NCBI GenBank assembly: GCA_973851085.1
Contig: OZ316775.1
Location: 21,018,001-21,082,000 of the forward strand
Direction of reading: 5' to 3'
DNA: 64,000 bases
Source of the DNA: Ptychomitrium polyphyllum
Taxonomy: Eukaryota
Part shown: positions 26,738 through 39,401 of the stretch, one piece after another
Layout of the letters: every line of letters begins with the position of its first letter
Numbering within the stretch: position 1 is the stretch's first letter
Program-made: the position numbers and the translations under genes
The notes under the pieces: generated by a model
What the model saw: only the letters and a program-made list of their open reading frames with translations
Told to the model about the DNA's origin: nothing
Database searches by the model: none

Positions 26738-28611
26738 GGACCAGAGATTCGGACCGGCCAGAGGGCAACTGGGAAGCCTATCAAACTGGTGCGCACAAAG
26801 AGATCTGGATCACGACCGACTACAGCTACTTGGGTGATGGAAACATGATTGCCATGAGCTACGAGAAACTCGCAGTAGATTTAGAACCAGGAAACACTAT
26901 CTTGTGCTCTGATGGCACCGTTACATTGACGGCCCTTGAGTGCCATCCTGAGAAAGGCATGGTGAAGTGCCGGTGTGAGAACTCAGCCATGCTCGGAGAG
27001 AAGAAGAATGTGAACCTCCCTGGGATCGTTCTGGATTTGCCGATCATCACACAGAAAGGTATGGATGATATCTTGCAATGGGGTGCTCCAAACAATATCG
27101 ACTTCATTGCAGCCTCGTTTGTGCGCAAGGGTTCAGATATTCTAGCAATTACAAACCTCCTGGAAGCGGCATCAAGTTCAATTCCTATCATTTCATAGGT
27201 AAGTGCGACCTTGACAGCGACATTCGATTTGGTGTAATGGCTTGGAGGTCATTTTTCGCTACGTTCTTCAGAGGTTCTCAGTTGATATAGCTGCATTTAA
27301 AGTACTAGAACGGAAGGCCAGGTTCCATAACTATTTCAAGACCTGCTGCGACGTTGATGTTCTAGTGTAATTGGTCCTATATTCATTATTATAAAAACAT
27401 AATACAAGATCTTGAAATTTTGCTAAAACCTGTCTTTGTTTCTTATCGCTTGTATTGATGTATGCAGGTTGAGAACCAGGAAGGTCTGGTGAACTTCGAC
27501 GATATTCTGCGAGAGACGGACGGAGTGATGGTGGCCCGAGGCGACCTGGGGATGGAGATTCCGACGGAGAAGATCTTTCTGGCGCAGAAGATGATGATCT
27601 ACAAGTGCAACTCGGCAGGAAAGCCGGTGGTGACGGCGACACAGATGCTGGAGTCGATGATCAAGTCCCCTCGGCCCACCCGCGCTGAAGCCACGGATGT
27701 GGGGAACGCAGTGCTGGACGGGACAGACGCGGTGATGCTCAGTGGGGAGACAGCCAACGGCTCCTACCCTGAACTTGCGGCAAGTATCCTACCTCTCATG
27801 TTTAGGGTTTAGTGTTAAGCATTAGTGGGCACTTCTTTGAAGCCTGGTTTTCTGACAAGGACGAGTGGAATGTTTGGGTGCAGGTGGCTGTGATGTCCCA
27901 GATTTGCCAGGAGGCGGAGGCTTCTCTAGACTACGCATTCATCTTCAAGGAGATCATGAAGTCTGTGCCATTGCCCATGAGTCCCTTGGAGAGTCTGGCC
28001 TCTTCCGCTGTGAGAACAGCCAACAAAGTGCGTGCCTCGCTCATCATTGTGCTGACAAGGGGTGGCAGCACCGCAAGGCTTGTAGCCAAGTACCGGCCAT
28101 CCGTGCCGATACTTTCGGTCACTGTCCCCGTCATGACCACAGACAGCCTGGAGTGGACTTGCAGCGAGCCGTCTCCAGCCCACCACAGCCTCGTCTGCAG
28201 GTACTTTACATACAAAACGCAGGAACATTCGCTGCCCCAGTTGTGGATGCGTTTTGTAGTCGTTTTTATCCCAGTTCTTGTTTGTCAGCAACTGCTGGAT
28301 GGTCAAACATAAAAGAGAATCGGGATGTTGGAATAACATTTTCCAACTATTTATGTGTCTTGCTGGAACGCACTTCTTAGCATGTATGCTCTTGTATGCA
28401 GGGTTGGATTCCTCTTCTAGCGGAAGGCTCGTCAAAGGCTACTGATTCAGAGTCAACAAATGAGATCTTGCTCTCAGCTATTGGATACGCGCTGAAACGA
28501 AAGCTTTGTCTTGTGGGTGACTCCATTGTGGCGCTTCATCGCATTGGCGTGGCATCTGTTATCAAGATTATGGAGGTCAAAGAACCTACAAACGCTTTCT
28601 CAACCGTCTAG
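26738..28611 (+). pseudogene. 5'-truncated cytosolic pyruvate kinase pseudogene (tandem copy 1)
   Basis: Exon remnants 26738-27198, 27468-27779, 27884-28200, 28402-28611. No exon 1 ([10 protein letters not shown]) is found upstream. Relative to copy 2 there is a 1-nt deletion near 26795, an AAG-to-TAG stop at 27196-27198, and a frame mismatch at the last acceptor (28402). Confidence 0.88.
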
Positions 28612-30823
28612 AAAGGATTTATCATCAAACACATTCACATCACTTTGAGAGATTTTCTGTTCCAAACAGGTTTTGATAAATTTTCAGTGAGTAGCCAGGA
28701 GAAGGCTTCGCCATCACGCTTTGAGACGTACTGATAGAGAACGTCTCCAGCAGTATTGATTACATACCATCAAGACAGCTACGGAGGCTGTGTTAGGGGG
28801 CCGAGGACAGCAGGTCAACTTGGCATTTTTGTTAGCTTAGACAAGATTGAGAGTCATAAGTCTACCTCCGGGTTTGTTGAGAGTGACAAAGATAGGTCCT
28901 TCTTTTCCAGTTGATCACTGCGATTGTCATCCAACTGCGTTGCATTCGTTAGTGAAGCAATGAGACCATGTTAGTGCATTTTTTGCGGACTGGCGGTCTT
29001 GTTTCATGGCAGCTGTGTTTTGACAGTCCGCCCTAGTAATTTCATCTTGGAACGAATATTCTTAGAACCTCAGAACCCAAAGGATCTGTTTGAGAGAGTC
29101 TATGATACATGCCTGATCAGGGCTGATGGACACGAGAGGCTAGAATTGGTATATTTGCCTCCCTTTACAGGTGATTTCTCCAAAGCCGTGCTTTTTCCAA
29201 CGCCCAGGAGAAGGAATGTCTTGTACCCTAAATTATTGTCGCTGGTAATAAAATTTCTACTAGCGGGAGTCCACTGTACAGTGCATTGCAGCTGTCGTTG
29301 CAGTTTCAATTCGCCAAACGTACCTTGTTTGCTTCTACGAGTCCAAAGCCGAAAGCATTTATGACACCGTTATGACACGAACTTCGAAACTCTTTATGTG
29401 TATCGTCGAGAATCGAGACGTTGTTTTCTTGATACTTTACAAGTCAGGCTGACAAGAAGGTATCTCCGAATATGAACGACGAGAGAAGTGAAAAGGACAA
29501 GAAGTGATGTGCACTTGTGTGTCGATGTGGATGTAGTACCGTGGGTCCCATCGAACTCTTTTCAGTTGAAAGACAATGGAAAAGCTTACCTTTTTTCGTT
29601 GTGGAAGTGGAGGAGGAGCGGCTCATGGGCATGGCCGAAGGGCGTGTGACAAGGAGCGCAGCCTGGGGCAGAGCCAGAGAGGAGGATTCTCGCGGACGGG
29701 AGGCTTCAGGCAATCTGGAATCTAACGAGGCACGAAAACCACTTCACAGACCAACGCATCATAACTTAAGGTATATTGGCCACGGCATTCTAATAGAGAT
29801 TTCTCCGCCTCATCCGCTGTGGATCCGCAATCAGGAGCGCCACTCTAGCCACCTTCACCTCCCCACCCCGGCGCAGCTCCTGTCCTCTTTGCTCTGCACT
29901 CTGCACCGGCCGAGTTTGATTTCCTAGTTGTGCAGGTACTGCCTTAAAGCTGAGCTTGTGAGAAAGGTCGTGGGTTGCGTTTGAGTGCCCGAAGGTTGCA
30001 TCTTTGGTATCTTCTTGGAAAACTGAAGTTGTGAAGTTTGGCGTGGGTGAAGGGCAGAAATGGTCTCAGAATTTTGCTTAGTTTCATTTGGTTGAGACAT
30101 GCTGTTTCATTCGACTGCTTGTCTCCTGGCTGTGATTTTCGAGTTATTAGCCGAGTCAAGTGTGACTTGCCCTAAACAGGAATGACAAAAAAATTTGAAT
30201 CGATGTGTGTTGTATTTTGAAGTAGAAATGAAGCTATAGAATTTGGAAATTAGGGCTCATTTGCTTGGAGCATGTCTAAGCACGCATGTCCACTGAGCTA
30301 CAATGTGGACTCTTGTTTTCGAGTGAAAAACCCTGGTGATGCCTTGTTCTTGCACTGAGCGTGAAAGATTATCCGCAAATCCTGTAATTCGCATACTGAT
30401 ATTTCGAAGAAGCTTTGCGTTTGCTGAACTCTTTTAGTTTGTGCGAGGGACAGTCAGAAGAGCGTGCTTGCTGTGTGTATACAAATTGGTTAATTCCAAG
30501 CATGTGTTCTATGTTTGTTTCAACATGAAGACGGAAATTCGAAGACATTGACTGCAAACCTGCTACCTAGGTCAAGGTGGCTACTATTGTAATGTTCTTT
30601 GTAATACGTTGTGGCAAGCATTGCCTGATGTCCCCATTAGATCTCAAGTGCTACTTGCACATCCAACTGCATAGTGTATACCATGTTACTGTCCTTGGTA
30701 GTTGTTTGGTGGCATCCTGTTAGTCGCTGATAGCATCCATCGTATTACTGATGAGTTGGGGCAATTACTATTTTCGTTGTGTAGAATCTTTGTTCAAGAC
30801 GGCTGGAGAGACGGCATTAAGTT

Positions 30824-32797
30824 ATGGCGACCAAGACTGACATCGCGCACATTTTGGGACACACTCCAGATGATGGTCATTTTAAAATCGCCAAAACCAA
30901 GATAGTGTGCACTTTGGGACCCAAATCCAGAGACGTGCCCGTTCTGGAGAAGCTGTTGAAAGCCGGCATGAATGTGGCCCGGTTCAACTTTTCGCATGGA
31001 ACTCACGAGTACCAACAATACACTCTGAACAACCTGAGACAAGCCTGTTCCAACACCCAAATAATGTGCGCAGTTCTTTTGGATACCAAGGTACAAGAAA
31101 TTTTTACCATAACGGCTCTTTCAAATTTCTTGGATTAAAGCTGGCTATCTGGATACTTGGAAATAAAAAATTTATTGTGATCTTTTAGTATGTACTTGAG
31201 CTGATGCTGTGGGGCACTCAGTTTACAAGCTATGATCATGTGCAAACACATGAGGGGCTAACCCAAACTTGCTGTGTGGTGTTTGCTGATGACAGGGGCC
31301 GGAGATTCGAACAGGGGAGTTGGCAATTGGGAAGCCCATCCAGCTGGTGCGCAACAACGAGATTTGGATTACAACCGACTACACCCATAAGGGAGATGAA
31401 AACATGATTGCGATGAGCTACAAAAAGCTCGCAGTAGATTTGGAGCCTGGAAACACCATCTTGTGCTCTGATGGGACTATTACCATGACGGTTCTGGAAT
31501 GTGATGCTGCGAAAGGCATGGTGAAGTGCAGGTGTGAGAATACAGCCATGCTTGGCGAGAAGAAGAATGTGAATTTACCTGGAGTTGTAGTGGACTTGCC
31601 GACCATCACAGAGAAGGATATCGATGACATCATGAATTGGGGCGTTCCAAACAAGATTGACTTCATTGCAGCCTCGTTTGTGCGCAAGGGCTCAGACGTG
31701 GTAGCCATCAAGAAGCTTTTGGGAGATGCTTCGAGTTCAGTTCATATCATTTCGAAGGTAAGTGCGAACATGTTACCAGTCTATTGATTGATCGACACTC
31801 TTCCTATGCTCTGCCTTTCCAAGTCCCTAAACTTTAAACCCTGCCTTGTTCGTTTGCAGGTTGAGAACCAGGAAGGTCTGGTGAACTTCGACGATATTCT
31901 GCGAGAGACGGACGGAGTGATGGTGGCCCGAGGCGACCTGGGGATGGAGATTCCGACGGAGAAGATCTTTCTGGCGCAGAAGATGATGATCTACAAGTGC
32001 AACTCGGCAGGAAAGCCGGTGGTGACGGCGACACAGATGCTGGAGTCGATGATCAAGTCCCCTCGGCCCACCCGCGCTGAAGCCACGGATGTGGGGAACG
32101 CAGTGCTGGACGGGACAGACGCGGTGATGCTCAGTGGGGAGACAGCCAACGGCTCCTACCCTGAACTTGCGGCAAGTATCCTACCTCTCATGTTTAGGGT
32201 TTAGTGTTAAGCATTAGTGGGCACTTCTTTGAAGCCTGGTTTTCTGACAAGGACGAGTGGAATGTTTGGGTGCAGGTGGCTGTGATGTCCCAGATTTGCC
32301 AGGAGGCGGAGGCTTCTCTAGACTACGCATTCATCTTCAAGGAGATCATGAAGTCTGTGCCATTGCCCATGAGTCCCTTGGAGAGTCTGGCCTCTTCCGC
32401 TGTGAGAACAGCCAACAAAGTGCGTGCCTCGCTCATCATTGTGCTGACAAGGGGTGGCAGCACCGCAAGGCTTGTAGCCAAGTACCGGCCATCCGTGCCG
32501 ATACTTTCGGTGGCTGTCCCCGTCATGACCACAGACAGCCTGGAGTGGACTTGCAGCGAGCCGTCTCCAGCCCACCACAGCCTTGTCTGCAGGGGTCTAA
32601 TTTCTCTTCTGGCAGAAGGCTCAGCCAAGGCCACTGATTCGGAGTCGACAGAGGAGATCTTGCGATCCGCCATTGGATATGCAGTTAAGCGGCAGCTGTG
32701 TCTTATGGGTGACTCCATTGTGGCGCTTCACCGCATTGGTGTGGCATCCGTGATTAAAATCTTGGAAGTCAAGCCTGATGGCGCTTATGCGGCATAG
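30824..32797 (+). CDS. PK: Cytosolic pyruvate kinase, 4 coding exons, ~520 aa
   Basis: Exons 30824-31090, 31296-31757, 31860-32171 and 32276-32797 total 1563 nt. Motifs are [58 protein letters not shown] and MLSGETA. Intron 3 is GC-AG, and there is a probable 5'UTR intron at 29936-30784. Confidence 0.95.
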
Positions 32798-34473
32798 ACG
32801 GAGAGACAAAGCATAAGATCGAATGATGAAAAACGCAATTTTGGGATGATTTGCTTAAGTTAGTTTCTGCTTTGAACAGGCCATGGTGGTATGAGAAGTG
32901 ATTTAGGAAATTGTGGACCATCAGGCAAGCTCAGGTGAGGCCTGACAGAGGACCATGTTTAACAATTTGTCGGCACTAAATGTAACACTAAATTGGTCGG
33001 ATGAAGCTGTGGCATGAGTGCTGCTGGCCGAATAGTGAATTGATTGGTCGTTCCCCACGACAGGATGAAACATTTTTGTGAATCGTCGGAACTGGTCGTT
33101 GATGGACCCTTATTTTGCCATCGTTATCAATTGCACTGCACTGAAGGATTTGGTGCAGGAATTTTTTTCCCTCTTGTTCACGCTTGATCTTTGAATACCT
33201 GGGGCTGAAGTATCTTTGATCCGCTCACTCTGAAATTGACTGATAAATATGGTTACTCTCAGTTCACGTTGATTGCCAACCATTTAGGTCAAGGTCACGT
33301 TGTTGACTGGAACATTGTTCTTGGTACACAGAGCTACTGGTCATGGCACTTTGTCTTCACAGCTATGTACGGTGGAATGGAGAGTCGGAGACTGTACCTG
33401 CGCATTTCAATCTCTTACGAGACACTCCTTGCGGGTTGCCCTTCCAACTGACCTGAGCACAGATGAATCTGAGTTAGAGTAAACGCCTGGTACGTTGTTT
33501 GCTCTTGTTGGTTTTAATATCAACTTCCGTGGTACTACAGTATTGTAAACCGGGCCCCAGGAAGCTTAATCTTTGTACATAGTATTAGCGGTATGTTATA
33601 CAGTTGCATGAGATTTTAATCAAAGAAAATCGCAAAAAAGTCGAATGGGTTTGAATACTGTACTTCAAGAGCAAGTGTTCTGTGGCTTGCGCATGGATTT
33701 CCTCTGCTTCAGAAGGAAGACGCGCGAGCACCAAGTGTAAGTCGAGTCACGGTTGGCAGAGTAGGGGCTGGCACCATGAGACGCAGATTGGGCGGTGGCA
33801 TAGTGCTCAACCCCCACATGGCTCCTACAGACCCTGCATGGCGTGCATGGCCTTGCATTGAGGCTCATGAGGCGGCAACGGGTTTCTATGATATGGCCTG
33901 CTATGTGCTCGCTACTCCACTGTCACTTAGGAGAGTAATTATGACCACATTGTGCATTGATCCATCAGACAGGGGAATGTTCTAACCGTTTGGGTTACAT
34001 TTGGAAAGTAGATCATGGCAAATGTTGCAGGCTCGCTCTTCAATCACAGTAAGTGGTGAGTGGTATGCTCTCTCACCGGAAAGGATCGACGAGTAACCTT
34101 GGATTTGTGTTTTTCCTGCTCTTGAATGCTTCTGTGATTTGGTATCGGACTGAACGCTTGATTTAGTGCAGAGGGATCAGTTCGATAATTAGGGCAGTAA
34201 TGACTGCACCAATGTATCAATCGGCTTCGGTGGAGTTTTAGGGTTATGGTGGGTGAGTGGATGCCCTTTGGTCAATTCTCTTGAATGTTACGAGGATCTG
34301 TCCACAATCTATACTTGTTTCTTGCAGTAGTTCGTTGTATTACAGTTTGGTCTCGATTCCTCCAAGGTATGGATTTAAATTATTTGTAACCCAGGAAAGA
34401 GAGGCTCGGTTAATTTGCCCGATGATCTGGCGAGGAAGTTTATGTGTGGCGGTGTTTAATTGTGATCATATTT

Positions 34474-34540
34474 GCGAGGATTCATGGAGGATTCATGCGA
34501 GGATTCATGCGAGGATTCATGCGAGGATTCATGGAGGATT
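34474..34540. repeat. 12-bp minisatellite (GCGAGGATTCAT)n
   Basis: About 5.5 tandem copies, including 11-bp GGAGGATTCAT variants. Confidence 0.9.
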
Positions 34541-34662
34541 GTGAAATTACTTAACATCTGAAACTAGGTTTGTTGGATGGTGATCTGAGGGTTACGTTCT
34601 GTTAGAATACTGTTGCATTTCATTGTTGAATACTCCTTTACTGGGCAAGCTTTTCTTTGCAG

Positions 34663-37600
34663 CATGAGGAGATTGCGAAGGGTATCGCAACGTGGAACAT
34701 TCCAGGGTTCCAGGCGAACAGGGACTTGGTGGCGTACCCTGACGGAGGCCTATACAACCCTCTGGCACTCACATCTGATCCAAGTTTCAACTCACAAGAT
34801 TTTAGTAAATCGATTAAACAGTTCAAATACCCAACTCTTGAGGACGTGAAACGCCCTGAGAGTGATGATGATCTTGCTTTTATGAAGGTAAGAAGAGGCA
34901 ATCCACCCGCTATATCTACTTTTCAAGTTGGGATTTTCCTACTCTCAAAGGTTGAAGGATAGCACAAAGAGCTTAGTGTATTATACTTATTTTCTTACTT
35001 TAACAAGAATACCACATAATTGAGCACCGATACTTTTATTTTGTGAGGTGTATATTCTTCCGCTGCGTATATTGACTTACTCATCAGTTGTTCTACCAGG
35101 TTCTGCAACTAGGTTCGTTAATAAGATCCAAACAGGTGACTTCGGTGGAGCTTGTGAAGTTTTATATAGGTCGTCTGCAAAAGTAAAGACGATAAGCTTT
35201 CCTTGATCATGGTTTTTGCATTTTCATTCCTGAGATTGTCAACTTTTCTTCCGACCTTAATTCTGAGCATTTTTGGAGTTCTGCAGTTGATGTAGAATCT
35301 AAACAGGTTACGTGGGCCAGCATAGTTGCTCTTATACCAAATATTTTTTTTAAGTTAGTGATATCGTTGCTCCTCAATGTTGACTTTCAGTGTCGTATCA
35401 ATAATCCGTTTCATGCAAGTGCTTTTCTTCTGTTGCATTCAGAGAGGATCATGTGTTGAAAGCAGTAGTTACATATACTGAAGAGCTTGCCCTGGAGCAA
35501 GCTTCTGCTGCTGATAAATTACTTTCGCAAGGGATATACTTAGGTCAGAATCTTGACACAGTTTATTCATGACTCACGTTTTACATTGACATTCAGTTTG
35601 AGTTCAGAATGCTAATTTTATGTGGGTAATTGGGCAAATTTTAGGGCCATTGCATGGGATACCATACGGACTGAAAAACATCTACGCAGTTCCAGGTTAC
35701 AAAACAACCTGGGGTTCAAAATCCTACAAGGACCAAGTTATTAATAAGGAGTCCTGGGTCTACAAACAGTAAGCTGAAGTATTCTTTTATTATCCTTTTG
35801 TTTATCCCATCAGTTCAGTGCTCAGAAACCCTTTGAACTTGTATGCATGTAGAAATTTGATTCAGTTTTCACTTCCGTAAGTTAATAGAGCGGAATTGAA
35901 CTTCAGACTGAAAAAAGCAGGAGCCGTCCTCATTGCTAAGCTAGCTCCAGGGTCGTTAGCTTATGACGATATTTGGTTTTCAGGACAAACCAAGAATCCA
36001 TGGAACATTATGGAAGGTTCCACAGGGTCGTCTGCTGGTCCAGCCAGTAGTACGTGTGCAGGTAACCCTGAACCTTGAACCCTGTTTCTGAAATGTTACC
36101 GTCGTTGAAAATAACAACTCATACAATAGTAGCAGATGCATGTTCTGTGAGTCATACATTACGTCAATTATCTCCGGTACGCAGGAAACGTCCCATTTGC
36201 AATTGGGACCGAGACATCAGGATCAATCACCATCCCAGCTGCACGCGTGGGTGTAACTGCCTTGCGTCCTACCTTTGGAATGGTTGGAAGATCGTGGAGC
36301 ATGACTCTATCCGAGAGTTTGCTAGGTGATGTGCTGTTTGTATCATACGTTTGACATGTGAGAGATTGCTAGTTGATGTCCACTATTTAAGTTATTTGCT
36401 CAAGGTATTCCTGCAAGTATTTTGTTTCTTTTCTTGCGTGATTCGTCAGTTTTATTGGATGGATATCTGATCTCTAAACGCGAGACGGAAACGAAGTTAG
36501 TTTAATCACCACTCAAGTGTAGAGGAGCATTTTCCTTTGTCGTTGTAGAATTTGCCTTCTCAACAAGAGAATTTTGTGACGCGTTGTTTGTAACTTCCAA
36601 GAATAAACACAATGGAACGAACTCCGAGTGTTCTGAATGGATCTCCTACTGAGTTGGCAGGATAAAATTGGTCCGTTCTGCCGTTCTGCTGAAGATTGTG
36701 CTGTTATTATAGACATTCTTAGAGGTAAGGATCCAGGTGATCGGTCATCCAAGAACATCCAGTTGAAAGACCCTTTTGCCATGGACGTCACCGGACTGAA
36801 AGTAGGCTATCTACAAGATGCAGATATGGAGGTATACTTGCAGACACTTGCTCTAGTTCATGGAACATTAGCACACTGCTAGTCTATTGCTCTTTTCATG
36901 TTGTTTGGACTTCTATCTTAACTTATTGATTCATCGATTTAGCTGTACAGTATGATTAATACACTTGCAATCGTGAGCCTAAGAAGTTATTGTACACTGG
37001 TGATGTGATGAAAGGTGGTGAAAGTTCTAGAGAACAAAGGGGTGAAGATGGTACCCTTTAACTGAAGTACTCTTTGTCCACCTTACAATTCACTTTGAAA
37101 ATCACAATGGAAGTGGATGTATTGGCACATTTTGATCACTGGCAACGAGCTGATTTGGACGAAGACTACGAAGATCAGAATGCGTGGCCGGTCGTAGTTC
37201 GGCGTTCTCGCCTTATCTCGGCCGTGGATTATTTGCAGGTACTGCGAATGCACATTGGTTGTTACGCATAGGTATTTCACTTTTACAGTTTTATTATACT
37301 TCTTTGTTGACAGAAGAGATTCGATCTTTCATTGAAGCACTTAACTCTAGGGAGATGAATCTTTTGACTTATTTTTATGTATTGGATGGTCATATTCAGG
37401 CGCAAAGAGCTCGTGGGAAGCTAGCTCTAGAATTGAAAGAGCTAATGAAAAAGCAGGAGGTAGATGCATTTGTGGAAAATGCAACAGACTGGGAATGGAT
37501 CTGTGCTGGTAATCTTGTAGGCATGCCTGTCATAGTGATTCCCACCGGTCTCAAGGACGTAGCAGATCCACCTGCTAATGGCACGAAGCGTCGGACAATA

Positions 37601-37905
37601 ACCACAACTGGAATACATGCAGCTCCATATCACGATGCCACAGTAATTCATACCTGCTTTTACATCCAATTCTCGTTCAGTTGTTCTCTCAACTCTCTTT
37701 AGTTTGATTATGCGTTTACAACTCTTACACCACAATTTATTCAGCTTCTTTGTAGTCAACAATACTGATTCATTATTTTGCTACTTTACAGGTTCTAGCG
37801 TTAGCGATGGCCTACCAGTCCGTGACGAATCATCATGTTCAGCGTCCCCCTGTTGATAGACTTTCTCCTGATGATCCAGCGCTTTCATCAATAAGCACAG
37901 ATTAA
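34663..37905 (+). pseudogene. Amidase-signature (GatA-like) family gene, probably disabled
   Basis: Exons 34663-34887, 35100-35182, 35443-35543, 35645-35768, 35907-36061, 36185-36321, 36661-36831, 37015-37238, 37400-37642, 37792-37905. Motifs are GPLHGIPYGLK, NPWN, TGSSAG, IGTETSGSI and ALRPTFG. The donor at 36322 reads CTAGGT instead of GT, and a 1-nt frameshift gives TGA at 37063-37065. The 5' end is unresolved, with possible remnants at 33400-34060. Confidence 0.8.
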
Positions 37906-39401
37906 GATTTTTTCTGAATTATCAAAATACGTAAGCAAGTTTATAGTGGTCTTAATTCTTCATATAAGTCTCATGTATTATGCAGTAATACAAGCAATTT
38001 AAACTGCAAGCTCGGTACCCTTAGGAATGTGGGCTGTACTCGTGAGACAGCTCCATTAATTAAGTTTATTGGGGAATTTTGGCATGAACAAATTCACAAG
38101 AGGTGATTTGAGCTTAGAGACTTTTCAAAGGAATTTTAATTTGTTTCGAAATTTATGTACCAGAACTGTGGGATTCTTAGACCAATTCAGAAAAAATGTT
38201 TTGAGGTAACACACAATATGTTGTGAAGCCGTCTCCGTGAGATGAGTAAGACGTCTTGTTGAAAATGACTTTATGAGATAAATCAGTACATGTAAATTGA
38301 ACGATTTTTATTTTTATTTTAGAAAATACGGTATGTGGATTGAATGATTTTACTATCAAAGGTATATCATGTTTGTTACTCTTCCATTTTACTGCATATG
38401 GTGGAAGGTTTCTGTCAATCCATTTGGGGTATGTTACAGAGGAAAACCCAACCGAGCGATAATCTTTCCTCCGATAATCAAGGTCGACAAATCTCCACCT
38501 CGCTATCTCAGTGCCCCGCTTCAGACTAATCAAACACAACTTGGCTCCTAATGCCGTCAACCAACTGTTCTCTTGAGTGACCAGTTTTTAAAAACCCGGC
38601 ATTTCACCAGGTGAGCCCCTGTCACTTGGCACCTCTGGCGCATCACAAGGTAGCACCTTTCGCGCACACTCAAATAATATCTAAACAGAATGGCACTCTG
38701 GGCGCATTTAAGGAGTCGTTTCGATTGTCAAACAGTCTTCGATTTAAAGTGGCCCTCCCTGTTATGATGATGTTATTGCATTCCTTGACCTGGTCTGGCC
38801 ATGCCATGGATTTTGTCCTCGTTGAGTCTGGCCATGAATCTTCGGACAGAGTTCGGTGCCTTGCCAGAAAAGTCTGCAGTTGAGTAGCCATGGATCATAT
38901 TGAGCTTCAAGTTGACGTTTAAGGCTGCTATTTTGGTGGGAGCTCATAATTCTCAGATTTTGCTGTTAGGTGACAAGATGGGCACTTTACTCTTATTGTG
39001 CATTCTATAAATTCAATTTTTGGTGGACACTTACACGATTAATTCACTGGATTACGTATGGTTGATTCATTTCTGTGACGAGGTACCCTGACAGTATTTA
39101 ACGTCAGTGGTGGCATAGCAACGAAATTTGAGAGAATCAAATTAGTTGTGAGATTAAAATGCTACTATTCAGCAGAAATTATAAGACCTACTAGTTTGCA
39201 TTGAGCTGTGAGGACAGTGTTTCTAGTTTAGTGCATATTAATGTAACTCAGTGGTAGGGTGACGTAAGAATGGCTCTTTGCTTTGAATGACTTCAAGATT
39301 GTTATCTTTTGATGCATTTAAGTTGGCCCTGCTTTACATTGACAGGAGCTGGCTAAGTAGAAAGAAGTGTGGCACCTATAAATTAAACCATCAGTGACAT
39401 C

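Noticed and set aside
27784..27791. GTATCCT as a U12-type donor in the PK intron
   Set aside because: Using it would shift the frame by 4 nt, and no U12 branch consensus lies near the acceptor. The GC donor restores the conserved protein.
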